Assembly (NCBI GenBank): GCA_039740895.1
Contig: JBCLGS010000002.1
Coordinates: 258-64,257 of the forward strand
Source of the DNA: Parcubacteria group bacterium
GTDB taxonomy: Bacteria > Patescibacteriota > Minisyncoccia > Phycocordibacterales > DATDWN01
Reading direction: 5' to 3'
DNA: 64,000 nt
The translations under genes and the position numbers were made by a program. Positions 1 through 8,219 of the stretch are shown piece after piece (the first letter of the stretch is position 1; each line of letters begins with the position of its first letter). The notes under the pieces were generated by a model, which ran no database searches, was not told where the DNA came from, and saw only the letters and a program-made list of their open reading frames with translations.

Positions 1-715
1 CTTCAACCAATTGTTTTAGAAGTTTATCTAAATCAATTTTCTTGAAAATATTGTAAATTGCCTCCGCACCAATTCCAGCTTCGAACATTGTTCCATACTT
101 CATTGAGAAGTTGTGGTACTCAATTTCATCAAAAACTTTTCCTTCTTGAATTGATTCGATTTCTCGTTTTGCTTTAAGAAGCATCTCCTTGATAGCATCC
201 TTTGTCTTTTCATCCTGAAGAGATTTAATTTTTGATTTATATTCTGAATCAAGATCCTTCAAATATCGGATTCTATCTTCCTCAGAAACTTTTGTAACGA
301 TATAACCAGCGAAGTAAATAACTTTTTCTAGGTCGCCAGTTGGAATACCCAAAACAAGACCGATTCTACTTGGCATTGATTTCAAGAACCAAATGTGTGA
401 GACAGGAGAAGCTAGTTCAATATGTCCCATTCTCTCTCGTCGAACAATTGACCTTGTAATTTCCACTCCACATTTTTCACAAACGATACCTTTGTACCTT
501 ATGCCTCGGTATTTTCCACAGTAACACTCGTAATCTTTATCTGGGCCGAAGATTTTCTCATCGAATAGACCAGATTTTTCACTTCTCTGTGTACGGTAGT
601 TGATTGTCTCTGGCTTTGTTATTTCACCAAATGACCATTCTCGAATGACTTCCGGCGAAGCGATTTTCAAAGCAATGGTCTCGAAGTCGTTAGAGTTTTG
701 TGTTTTTGTTTTCAT
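1..715 (-). CDS. rpoC: DNA-directed RNA polymerase subunit beta-prime, N-terminal ~238 aa (continues past window start)
   Basis: Reverse translation from ATG at 715 gives [93 protein letters not shown], the canonical RpoC N-terminus with zinc-binding Cys and the ERMGHI motif; immediately downstream of rpoB on the same strand. Confidence 0.93.
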   Translation of the reverse strand, partial: MKTKTQNSNDFETIALKIASPEVIREWSFGEITKPETINYRTQRSEKSGLFDEKIFGPDKDYECYCGKYRGIRYKGIVCEKCGVEITRSIVRRERMGHIELASPVSHIWFLKSMPSRIGLVLGIPTGDLEKVIYFAGYIVTKVSEEDRIRYLKDLDSEYKSKIKSLQDEKTKDAIKEMLLKAKREIESIQEGKVFDEIEYHNFSMKYGTMFEAGIGAEAIYNIFKKIDLDKLLKQLVE

Positions 716-821
716 AAGTGTTTTAATTGTAAATTTCAAATTATAAATTATAAAACAATGATTTAATTTAAAATTATAAAATTATTTTGAAATTTGAAAT
801 TTATAATTTGTAATTATTTTA

Positions 822-3800
822 TTATCTTTCATCTCCCGCCTTTCTAATCTGAACATCCAATGCTAATCCTCGTAAATTGTTTAGTAACACATTAAATGAT
901 GCCGGTGTGTTCATTTCAGTAATTGGAAGACCTTTAACTATTGCGTCAAACGCTGCTGACCGTCCTGTGATATCGTCAGACTTAATAGTCAAAATTTCTT
1001 GCAATGTGTGAGCGGCTCCATGACCTAGAAGTGCCCAAACTTCCATTTCTCCAAATCTCTGTCCTCCTTTCTGTGCCTTTCCTCCAAGTGGCTGTTGAGT
1101 GATGAGAGAGTATGGTCCGGTTGAACGCATGTGAATCTTGTCTTCCACCATGTGGTGAAGCTTCATGATGTACATGTATCCAACAGAAATATCTCTTTCG
1201 AAAGCTTCTCCGGTGTGACCATCGTAAAGTTTCATTTTTCCATCTGGAGAAAATCCTGCTTTCTTCAATTCTTCTTTGATTTCATCTCCAGTAGCCCCTG
1301 CGAAGGGAGGAACAATAGCTTGATACCCTAGAGTGTGTGCGGCAAGGCCAAGGTGAAGTTCCAAAATCTGTCCCAAGTTCATACGCGATGGCACTCCAAG
1401 TGGTGTAAGAATAACATCAATAGGTGTACCGTCTGCCATGTATGGCATATCTTCTTCTGGAAGGATTCGAGAAATAACTCCTTTGTTTCCGTGTCGTCCA
1501 GCAAGCTTGTCCCCAACAGAGACATTTCTAAGCTCTGCTACTTCTATATATATAGTCTTGATGATACCTGACTCAAGTTTGTCTCCTTTCTCTCGAGAGA
1601 AAACTTTAACATTGATAACTCGACCTCTCTTTCCACCTTCCATTCTCTTTGATGTATCTTTGACATCGCGAGCTTTCTCACCGAATAATGACCTAAGTAG
1701 GCGCTCTTCAGGTGTAAGTTGTGTCTCACCCTTTGGTGTAATTTTTCCAACCAAGATATCTCCTGTTCGGACCTCTGCACCAATTCGGACTATACCGTCC
1801 TCTGCTAGATTTTTTAGTTTTCCTTCTCCAACATTTGGAATGTCACATGTTGTAACTTCAGGTCCAAGTTTTGTCTCTCGAACGTTCACTGTAAACTCCT
1901 CAATGTGGATTGATGTAAATTTACTATCCTTTACAACTCTTTCTGAAAGAATAATAGCGTCTTCATAGTTTGAACCATACCATGACATGAAAGCGACGAG
2001 CATATTTTGACCGATAGCTGACTGGCCATGTTCTGAAGCGGAAGTATCCGCTATAATGTCTCCGACTTTCACTTTGTCTCCTATATTAACTGATGGTCGC
2101 TGATTAAATATTGTAAATCCGTTTGTTCGTGAAAAATTAACAAATTTATATTCTGTTTCTTTTCCTTTTGAATTTTTTGTAACTGCTTTTGTACCATCAA
2201 CTGCTGTAACAACTCCTTCATCTGTAGCAATAACTAGTCTTCCTGTGTCCTTCAAAGCATCCTTCTCCATACCAGTAGCCACAAGTGGTGCTTCTGGAAT
2301 AATACAAGGTGTTGCTTGCTTCTGCATGTTTGAGGCCATCAACGCACGGCTTGCTTCATCGTGGTTTAGGAAAGGAATCATTGATGTAGCAATAGAAAAT
2401 GCTTGGTTTGTAGCTACATCTATATAATCAACTTTGTCTCTTGAAATTGTTTTAGGATCACCCTCGATTCTAACTTCAACTTCATCCACTGTAATCCTAC
2501 CGTCAACATCCACAGGAGTAGCGGCGTGAGCAATAGCAAAACCTTCTTCTTCAGAAGCGTTTAGGAAAACAATCTCGTCTGTGATTTTTCCATGTTTTAC
2601 TTTAGCATATGGAGTTTCAATCATTCCGAAATCATTTATTCGAGCATAAATAGCTAGACGCAACACAAGACCAATGTTTGGGCCTTCTGGTGTTTGAATG
2701 GGACAAAGTCTTCCGTAGTGAGATACGTGAACGTCACGAACTTCAAAACCTGCTCGAGATCGGTTCAAACCGCCGGGGCCAAGTGCGGATAACATCCTCA
2801 AATGTTCCATTTCGCAAAGCGGGTTGTACTGCTCCATAAATTGTGAAAGCTGATTGGTTGTGAAGAATTCTTTTATTCTTGCCTGAAGTGGTTTTGGTGA
2901 AATGAATTGAACTGGAAGAGTAACATCAGTGTCTATAGTAGACATCCTGTTCTGAATATTTCTCTTGATTTGTGCCATACCTTTTCGAATATTTTGTTGA
3001 AAAAGCTCCCCTACAAATCGAACTCGTCTTGAACCTAAGTGGTCAATATCATCCTCAACAGCATGAGGAGTATTGTTTAACATTGCGATATTACCAACGA
3101 TTGTAACTAAATCTGCAATAGAAAGTGTTTTTTGTTCAAGCTCTTTCTCTGACATGCTCTTATTAAATCTTTTGTTGAATCGGAAACGTCCAACACGAGA
3201 AAGGTCGTATCTTTCTTTATTAAATATTGAATTAACAAACTCTTTTGCGTTTTCTGCTGTGGCAAGGTCGCCATCTCGAAGTCTTTTGTGTATTTCTATA
3301 TATGCATCTTCAACTGTCTTTGCATGGTCCTTTAGAAGTGTTTTCTCAATTGCAGTCTTTGCAAACTCATCTTTATCAAACAATTTTATAATATCGGTAT
3401 CTTTGTGCGCTCCCAATACTCGAAGTAGTGTTGTACCAGCAAATTTTCGTTTTCTGTCGATTCGAACATAAATCACACCATTGACATCGGACTCTATTTC
3501 TACCCATGCTCCTCGTGAAGGGATAATCTTTGCACCAAAAAGCTTTCGTCCTTTAACTTCAGAAGCTGTGAAGAAAACTCCGTATGAACGAGCTAACTGA
3601 GGGACTATGATTCTCTCAATACCTGAAACAATGAAAGTTCCGTGGGAAGTCATAAGTGGAAAATCCGCCATAAAGATTTCCTGCTCCTTTTCTGTACCTA
3701 AAATTAGGTTCTTAAGCCTAACCTTAACCTTTAGTGATGCTTCGTATGTTAGTTTGTTTTCCTTAGCATGATATTCGTCATACTTTGGCTGTGCCAATTC

Positions 3801-4004
3801 AAATCCAGTGAAGTCCAATTGAAACTTCTTCTCAGAATAATCCTTTATTGATGAGAATTCACTGAAAACCTCCTTGATACCCTTTTCAATAAGCCATTTG
3901 AAAGAGTTCAATTGTGGCTCAACGAAGTTGGGGGTTGGAATAAGTGGCTTTCTAAAACGACCGAAAAATTTCTGTGGACGAGCAGACGTTATGTTTTTTG
4001 ACAT
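822..4004 (-). CDS. rpoB: DNA-directed RNA polymerase subunit beta
   Basis: 1060 aa ORF with conserved RpoB blocks (GLVLRLAIYARI, NMQKQA, MMYIMKLHHMVEDKIHMRSTGPYSLITQQPLGGKAQKGGQRFGEMEVWAL); TTGAAG-16-TATAAT promoter-like sequence directly upstream of the ATG. Confidence 0.97.
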   Translation of the reverse strand: MSKNITSARPQKFFGRFRKPLIPTPNFVEPQLNSFKWLIEKGIKEVFSEFSSIKDYSEKKFQLDFTGFELAQPKYDEYHAKENKLTYEASLKVKVRLKNLILGTEKEQEIFMADFPLMTSHGTFIVSGIERIIVPQLARSYGVFFTASEVKGRKLFGAKIIPSRGAWVEIESDVNGVIYVRIDRKRKFAGTTLLRVLGAHKDTDIIKLFDKDEFAKTAIEKTLLKDHAKTVEDAYIEIHKRLRDGDLATAENAKEFVNSIFNKERYDLSRVGRFRFNKRFNKSMSEKELEQKTLSIADLVTIVGNIAMLNNTPHAVEDDIDHLGSRRVRFVGELFQQNIRKGMAQIKRNIQNRMSTIDTDVTLPVQFISPKPLQARIKEFFTTNQLSQFMEQYNPLCEMEHLRMLSALGPGGLNRSRAGFEVRDVHVSHYGRLCPIQTPEGPNIGLVLRLAIYARINDFGMIETPYAKVKHGKITDEIVFLNASEEEGFAIAHAATPVDVDGRITVDEVEVRIEGDPKTISRDKVDYIDVATNQAFSIATSMIPFLNHDEASRALMASNMQKQATPCIIPEAPLVATGMEKDALKDTGRLVIATDEGVVTAVDGTKAVTKNSKGKETEYKFVNFSRTNGFTIFNQRPSVNIGDKVKVGDIIADTSASEHGQSAIGQNMLVAFMSWYGSNYEDAIILSERVVKDSKFTSIHIEEFTVNVRETKLGPEVTTCDIPNVGEGKLKNLAEDGIVRIGAEVRTGDILVGKITPKGETQLTPEERLLRSLFGEKARDVKDTSKRMEGGKRGRVINVKVFSREKGDKLESGIIKTIYIEVAELRNVSVGDKLAGRHGNKGVISRILPEEDMPYMADGTPIDVILTPLGVPSRMNLGQILELHLGLAAHTLGYQAIVPPFAGATGDEIKEELKKAGFSPDGKMKLYDGHTGEAFERDISVGYMYIMKLHHMVEDKIHMRSTGPYSLITQQPLGGKAQKGGQRFGEMEVWALLGHGAAHTLQEILTIKSDDITGRSAAFDAIVKGLPITEMNTPASFNVLLNNLRGLALDVQIRKAGDER

Positions 4005-4382
4005 ATATATTATAGTATTAAAATTTGAAACTTCAATCGTGAATAATAAAAAACCTAATAATGGAGTCCCTAAATCTATTTTTATACAAACAAAAAGTGA
4101 CTCCCTAAGAGCTTATTTTTTATTTACACAATTTTTTTAGCGATAGTTTCGCAAAATAGTTTTAGAGAACCAATAACCTTGTAATTCCCTTCTCTTTCGG
4201 TCGCAACTCAATCTATCGAAGATAAGAGTCAGCATACTCCCTATTCTCTAATCCGTCAACCCCCAAATAGGCAAATAGTTGTCAAGCACCGCTTGTGTAT
4301 ATCTTTTTTACCAATATATGGCTATAAATATAGCTTATATCGAAGTTAAAAGTCTATATTTTGTAAAGTAAAGTCAAGACAC

Positions 4383-4391
4383 TTATCCACA
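4383..4391 (+). promoter_or_regulatory. perfect DnaA-box 9-mer TTATCCACA
   Basis: Exact match to the DnaA box consensus; further perfect copies (as TGTGGATAA) at 4697-4705, 6069-6077, 13676-13684, 46904-46912. Confidence 0.3.
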
Positions 4392-4429
4392 GCTATCCCC
4401 TGAGAGCCTAATTGTGGTAGAATAAAAGT

Positions 4430-4591
4430 ATGGAAATAATCTTCGGAATACTAGCATTTATTTGGATGATAATAGGTTCTATAATTAAGTTTATTATCTA
4501 TATTGCTTACTTCTTTCCTCTAATAGGGGCACGGATTTTAGAATGGGCTAACTTATGGCCGACTACATGGCCATTCGGAATTATTTTATAA
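4430..4591 (+). CDS. possible small hydrophobic protein (53 aa, MEIIFGILAFIWMIIGSIIKFIIYIAYFFPLIGARILEWANLWPTTWPFGIIL)
   Basis: Short ORF found by eye in the 790-bp noncoding stretch upstream of rpoB; single predicted TM helix; no homology evidence. Confidence 0.15.
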   Translation: MEIIFGILAFIWMIIGSIIKFIIYIAYFFPLIGARILEWANLWPTTWPFGIIL

Positions 4592-4771
4592 AAGTTTATT
4601 GCTTATTTTTCTTTCTGCTATTACCCCATATGTGTATTTTAACATTATTTAATAAATAATTGCAAAACCTAACCAGTATCACACTCTTCTCTTTCCTTGT
4701 GGATAACTCACTTTGACATTTTATTACTAACTTGCTAATATAATTAAATTATGGCTTCGGCCTCCGAGAAA

Positions 4772-4799
4772 ATCCGCTTTATGCGGGTTTTCGTTTTAT
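4772..4799. terminator. rho-independent terminator-like hairpin (ATCCGC..GCGGGT + T-run), bidirectional
   Basis: aaaatccgctttatgcgggttttcgtttta immediately 3-prime of the minus-strand 129-aa gene stop (4796). Confidence 0.45.
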
Positions 4800-5185
4800 T
4801 GAGGGAAAAATTCCAAAACTCCTCTGATTATAGATTTAAAATCATCATTTGAGATTGTTCCAACCTTTCTTACAAATCTCTTCGTACTAACAGTTCTAAT
4901 CTGGGTCAAAACAACAAAATATTCATTTTTATCGAAAATAAATTTATAATGAAACTTGTCACTTTTCATCTTAGAAGTTATAGGTAAAACCCAAGTCATT
5001 TGTTTGTTAAACTTTCTCAAGACTAAAGCTGTTCTCTCATATTGATTATTTTTACCATCAATCTCAATTCCGATATTTAACCCGAGTGACATCCACCAAA
5101 TTTCTCTTTCATTAACTCCCAAATTATCAGATTTTTTATCTATTATTTTCTTTAACTTATTCCAACTATCAAAATCTTTTTCCAT
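4796..5185 (-). CDS. MazF/PemK-family mRNA interferase-like toxin
   Basis: 129 aa; EREIWWMSLGLNIGIEIDGKNNQYERTALVL...VLPITS...FVVLTQIRTVSTKRFVRKVGTISNDDFKSIIRGVL follows the MazF/PemK pattern (RGDIW.V.L.P..G.E..G.RP.LV.S......V.P.T......Q.R..D..R); lies 15 bp downstream of lexA in the same operon. Confidence 0.5.
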   Translation of the reverse strand: MEKDFDSWNKLKKIIDKKSDNLGVNEREIWWMSLGLNIGIEIDGKNNQYERTALVLRKFNKQMTWVLPITSKMKSDKFHYKFIFDKNEYFVVLTQIRTVSTKRFVRKVGTISNDDFKSIIRGVLEFFPQ

Positions 5186-5200
5186 TATAGTTAAACAATT

Positions 5201-5776
5201 TTAATACTTCCGTATGACCCCTTTGACGATTGCTGCGACGCGAAGTTCATATTGAGGGTAAATGGGTCGGTAATTTTTATTTGCTGGTAATAAATAAACT
5301 TTACCGTCTTTTTTCTTGTAGTATTTCATAGTCCAGCCCCCATCCACTTCGGCAATAACAATGTCACCGTCTTTTGGTTCTCCTTTTCTTTCTGCCACAA
5401 CTAAATCTCCTTCTTTAATTCCTTCATCAATCATTGAATCTCCTTTAACCTCCAATAGGTATGTGGAATCTTTATATCGTATTAAATAATCATCAATATT
5501 TATCATATTTAAAGTCTCTTCTTCTGCCAGTGTAGGAAACCCTGCTTCTACAAGACCGAGAAGTGGGATTTCTCCCATTAGTCTCTTCGGCGTAAGCTTT
5601 CCTCGCGAGTCTTTGTCTACCGTTCCGTCATCAACTAATTTATTTATGAGTTTGTAAACAGCATTTTTAGACTTGAAGTCGACAAGGTCCATGATTTCCT
5701 TGTAGCCAGGCATTCTTTTATTACTTTTATAGAAAGCAATAATTTTATTTTTTTGTCGTAAAAAATTATTTTCCAT
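5201..5776 (-). CDS. lexA: LexA repressor (SOS transcriptional repressor, S24 peptidase)
   Basis: 191 aa; N-terminal winged HTH, LVEAG cleavage region, GDSM serine and a downstream Lys (WTMKYYKK) typical of the LexA Ser-Lys dyad. Confidence 0.85.
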   Translation of the reverse strand: MENNFLRQKNKIIAFYKSNKRMPGYKEIMDLVDFKSKNAVYKLINKLVDDGTVDKDSRGKLTPKRLMGEIPLLGLVEAGFPTLAEEETLNMINIDDYLIRYKDSTYLLEVKGDSMIDEGIKEGDLVVAERKGEPKDGDIVIAEVDGGWTMKYYKKKDGKVYLLPANKNYRPIYPQYELRVAAIVKGVIRKY

Positions 5777-5781
5777 AGTAT

Positions 5782-6003
5782 TTAAAATATAAAAACATTA
5801 GAAAGACTAAGTGGTCGACCAAACCACCCAGAGTTTACTTCACGATTTATCTCGTTATCCAAACCTTTGAGACTACAAAGAATAAATTTATGTCTTTTGG
5901 CCTCCCGAATATATGAGAGACCCTTAATGATTTTCTCATCAATCTGATCATTTAAAACTTCTAACTCACTTCTCAATGTTTTTTCTAAATTTTGTTTACT
6001 CAT
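5782..6003 (-). CDS. hypothetical small protein (73 aa), first gene of the lexA operon; possible antitoxin partner of the MazF-like gene
   Basis: ORF ends 5 bp upstream of lexA; no recognisable family; the GAAC-N4-GTTC box lies just upstream of its start. Confidence 0.3.
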   Translation of the reverse strand: MSKQNLEKTLRSELEVLNDQIDEKIIKGLSYIREAKRHKFILCSLKGLDNEINREVNSGWFGRPLSLSNVFIF

Positions 6004-6038
6004 GGTTTTTTGCTGTTATTTATATATAGATAGTATAA

Positions 6039-6054
6039 GTGAACCCAAGTTCAC
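6039..6054. promoter_or_regulatory. putative LexA (SOS, Cheo-type) box GTGAACCCAAGTTCAC overlapping the promoter of the 73aa-lexA-mazF-like operon
   Basis: Perfect palindrome matching the Gram-positive-type SOS box GAAC-N4-GTTC; located about 35 bp upstream of the operon start, adjacent to TTGCTG ... TAGTAT/TATAAG promoter-like hexamers. Confidence 0.5.
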
Positions 6055-6069
6055 TGTCAAGAAAATACT

Positions 6070-6145
6070 GTGGATAAGGGAAACGAAGTGGATAAGGGAA
6101 ACGAAGTGGACACTTATGCATCAAGTACTCTTGAGGCCACTTATG
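6070..6145 (+). repeat. inverted copy (~76 bp, ~1 mismatch) of the tandem-repeat block that forms the C-terminal extension of rpsP (16403-16479)
   Basis: gtggataagggaaacgaagtggataagggaaacgaagtggacacttatgcatcaagtactcttgaggccacttatgc is the reverse complement of the rpsP 3-prime coding repeat; here intergenic with no start codon. Confidence 0.85.
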
Positions 6146-6361
6146 CCTGAAGTAAACTTCAGGCCAGCGAATATAGAAAACAAAAAATCACCTCTCGCAA
6201 GCCCTGTGGTGATTTATTGTTGTCTTACCTAGCTATATTTACTTAACCTTCTTTGGTTTCTTCTTCTCTTTTTTGTGTCCGTCTCCCTTTGCCATATATT
6301 TGTTTGATTAAAATTTATAATTGCACACTAATAAACGAGCATGGATTAATTATATCATCAT

Positions 6362-8038
6362 TTATGATTCAAGAAAAAGTCTAGCCAGTCGTATTTTCAA
6401 ATAACTTGGTTTCTTTTTTTGTTTCTGCAAAATATTATAAACTGGTGACAAAGTTTTTGTTCCTGCTTTTTCAAATGCTGACAAAATATCATCTAGCTCT
6501 GAACGCTTAAACTCACGACGAAGATATGCGAAGTCTGGACACTTGTCTTTTTCATCTTCTAGGATTTTTTCAATATGAGAAACAATTGTTTCTTGTTTCA
6601 ATCCCCTAACTTCAGCGAGTTTCTCAAGTGGCACTTCCAGCCTAAGCATATCTGCTGTAATCTGCTCTGTTGTTTTCTTCAAAAGTTTTTCTTTCTTTTT
6701 TATTTTAACTTTTTCTTCTGGCTCTATTGATTTCAAATATTTTTCTTGTTTTTCACGAAGCTCTGTTTTTAGTATTTCTTTTAATTTTTCCACGGCCTCT
6801 TGTGACATTTTCTGAAACTCTTTGTCATATTCCAAAACCTCTCCGTCCACTTGAAGTGACATATCATTAAACCCCAAAAGTTTCATTCCGTTCAGAGAAC
6901 GAACACGAGATAAAGCCACATATCCCATTCCTTTTACAAACGACTTGGACAAATCCACCTCCATAGCGTCCAGTGACATTCCTTGACTCTTGTGCACGGT
7001 AATAGCCCAGGCTAAGCGAAGCGGAAACTGCGTAATCTCAGCCTTCACTTTTCCATCTTCTTCTATCTGCCATGACTCATGTCTCGCATATATAGTCTTG
7101 CCATTTGTGGTGACTATGACGGGGTCACCGTATGCATTAAAACTATCTACTACTCCGAGCGTTCCGTTCACATATTCACCTTCTTTATCATTTTTGGTAA
7201 ACATCACGCGTGCTCCGATTTTTAAAACTAATTTCTCAGGTGACAAGCAACTTTTTTTCAGTGCTTCAATAATAAAACTTGAACCTCGTGAGGTCATCTC
7301 AAATTGATTTATATCCCCAGGAATTAAATCTAAGTGTCTGCGGTTAATGACATCCACATCTATATTGTGAGTGTGAAGCTTTGTCGGCTTTGCCCCGGAC
7401 TCCGGCTCTTTATTAAATCTAGTTTTTAAAAGTTCAATGGTTTCCTTCGTAACTTTATTCTCGCGAATCTGATTTAATATCGTGAGATATATGTCATCTT
7501 TCTGACGATGTTGTTCGGACAAATGACAAATAGTGAGCTTTGAGTTCTGCCATGAGTCTGCTTTGAAAGCAAATTCACTCTCTGAAATATCGCCTCGCGT
7601 AACAGGTGGGAGTTGAAAAAAATCCCCAGAAAGAATAACTTGCATTCCACCAAAAGGTTTTTCATTTCGTTTGAACTGTCTGCAAATCCATTCAATGAGG
7701 TCCAGTCGGTAATGGTGAAGCATTGAAACTTCGTCAATTATCAAAACTTTTGTTTTTTCAAAACGCTTGTAGAGATACTGTTTCTCCATCATATTTTCAA
7801 TATCATAATCCGTCAGAACATCTCTGATACCGAGCCCAGACCATGAGTGAATAGTCTGACCACCAAGGTGCGTTGCGGCAATACCAGTGGACGCTGTTAC
7901 GGCTACATCCACAGCATTTGATTTCAGATATTTTATATACTCATTTAAGACATGAGTTTTTCCGCTCCCAGCAGGTCCTGTAAGAAAAACATTTTTACCC
8001 AGTTTTAATATATCGAGTGCTTCGCTTTGTAACATCAC
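6362..8038 (-). CDS. Pif1/RecD-family ATP-dependent DNA helicase with C-terminal HTH-like domain
   Basis: 558 aa; Walker A TGPAGSGKTH, DEVSM Walker B, GGMQVILSGDFFQLPPV, and a C-terminal HKSQGMSLD motif typical of AAA_30/UvrD_C_2 (Pif1-like) helicases. Confidence 0.8.
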   Translation of the reverse strand: MMLQSEALDILKLGKNVFLTGPAGSGKTHVLNEYIKYLKSNAVDVAVTASTGIAATHLGGQTIHSWSGLGIRDVLTDYDIENMMEKQYLYKRFEKTKVLIIDEVSMLHHYRLDLIEWICRQFKRNEKPFGGMQVILSGDFFQLPPVTRGDISESEFAFKADSWQNSKLTICHLSEQHRQKDDIYLTILNQIRENKVTKETIELLKTRFNKEPESGAKPTKLHTHNIDVDVINRRHLDLIPGDINQFEMTSRGSSFIIEALKKSCLSPEKLVLKIGARVMFTKNDKEGEYVNGTLGVVDSFNAYGDPVIVTTNGKTIYARHESWQIEEDGKVKAEITQFPLRLAWAITVHKSQGMSLDAMEVDLSKSFVKGMGYVALSRVRSLNGMKLLGFNDMSLQVDGEVLEYDKEFQKMSQEAVEKLKEILKTELREKQEKYLKSIEPEEKVKIKKKEKLLKKTTEQITADMLRLEVPLEKLAEVRGLKQETIVSHIEKILEDEKDKCPDFAYLRREFKRSELDDILSAFEKAGTKTLSPVYNILQKQKKKPSYLKIRLARLFLES

Positions 8039-8074
8039 CCCATTGTACCAGCTCTGTACCTAAATGGACAAATA
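7616..8074. repeat. 459-bp exact direct repeat, copy 1 (helicase 5-prime coding region plus 36 bp of leader); copy 2 at 11681-12134
   Basis: Spot-checked identical sequence; identical 142-aa N-terminal translations in ORFs 6362..8038 and 11660..12103; offset 4065 bp. Confidence 0.9.
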
Positions 8075-8170
8075 AATACTTTGTACAGATTTAATATATG
8101 GTATACATACCTAGCCGACATCTGTTATTAAAGCTCTTCCTATGGAGATATTTTAGAACAATTACTTTTA

Positions 8171-8205
8171 AAATCAAAGGTACCTGACACCGATTCCTGA
8201 CACCG
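8171..8205. promoter_or_regulatory. promoter-proximal motif AAATCAAAGGTACCTGACACC followed by tandem GATTCCTGACACC repeats, upstream of the helicase gene; the same 21-mer recurs at 19311-19331
   Basis: On the minus strand the motif supplies a TTGATT -35 hexamer 16 nt from a TAAAAT -10; the shared 21-mer plus local direct repeats suggest a transcription-factor binding site. Confidence 0.35.
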
Positions 8206-8219
8206 ATTCTCACATAAGT

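Noticed and set aside
1131-3471. Plus-strand ORFs (66-176 aa) overlapping rpoB
   Set aside because: They are antisense to a highly conserved full-length rpoB reading frame and have low-complexity, unconserved sequences; treated as spurious.
4005-4795. Calling this region the chromosomal origin of replication
   Set aside because: Despite two perfect DnaA boxes and an AT-rich tract, dnaA/dnaN are not adjacent and DnaA 9-mers are also scattered elsewhere in the window. There is not enough evidence without GC-skew; reported only as a finding.
6002-6232. 76-aa plus-strand ORF in the lexA/helicase spacer
   Set aside because: It reads through the inverted copy of the rpsP repeat in a different frame (WIRETKWIRETK) and the promoter/SOS-box region; most likely non-coding.
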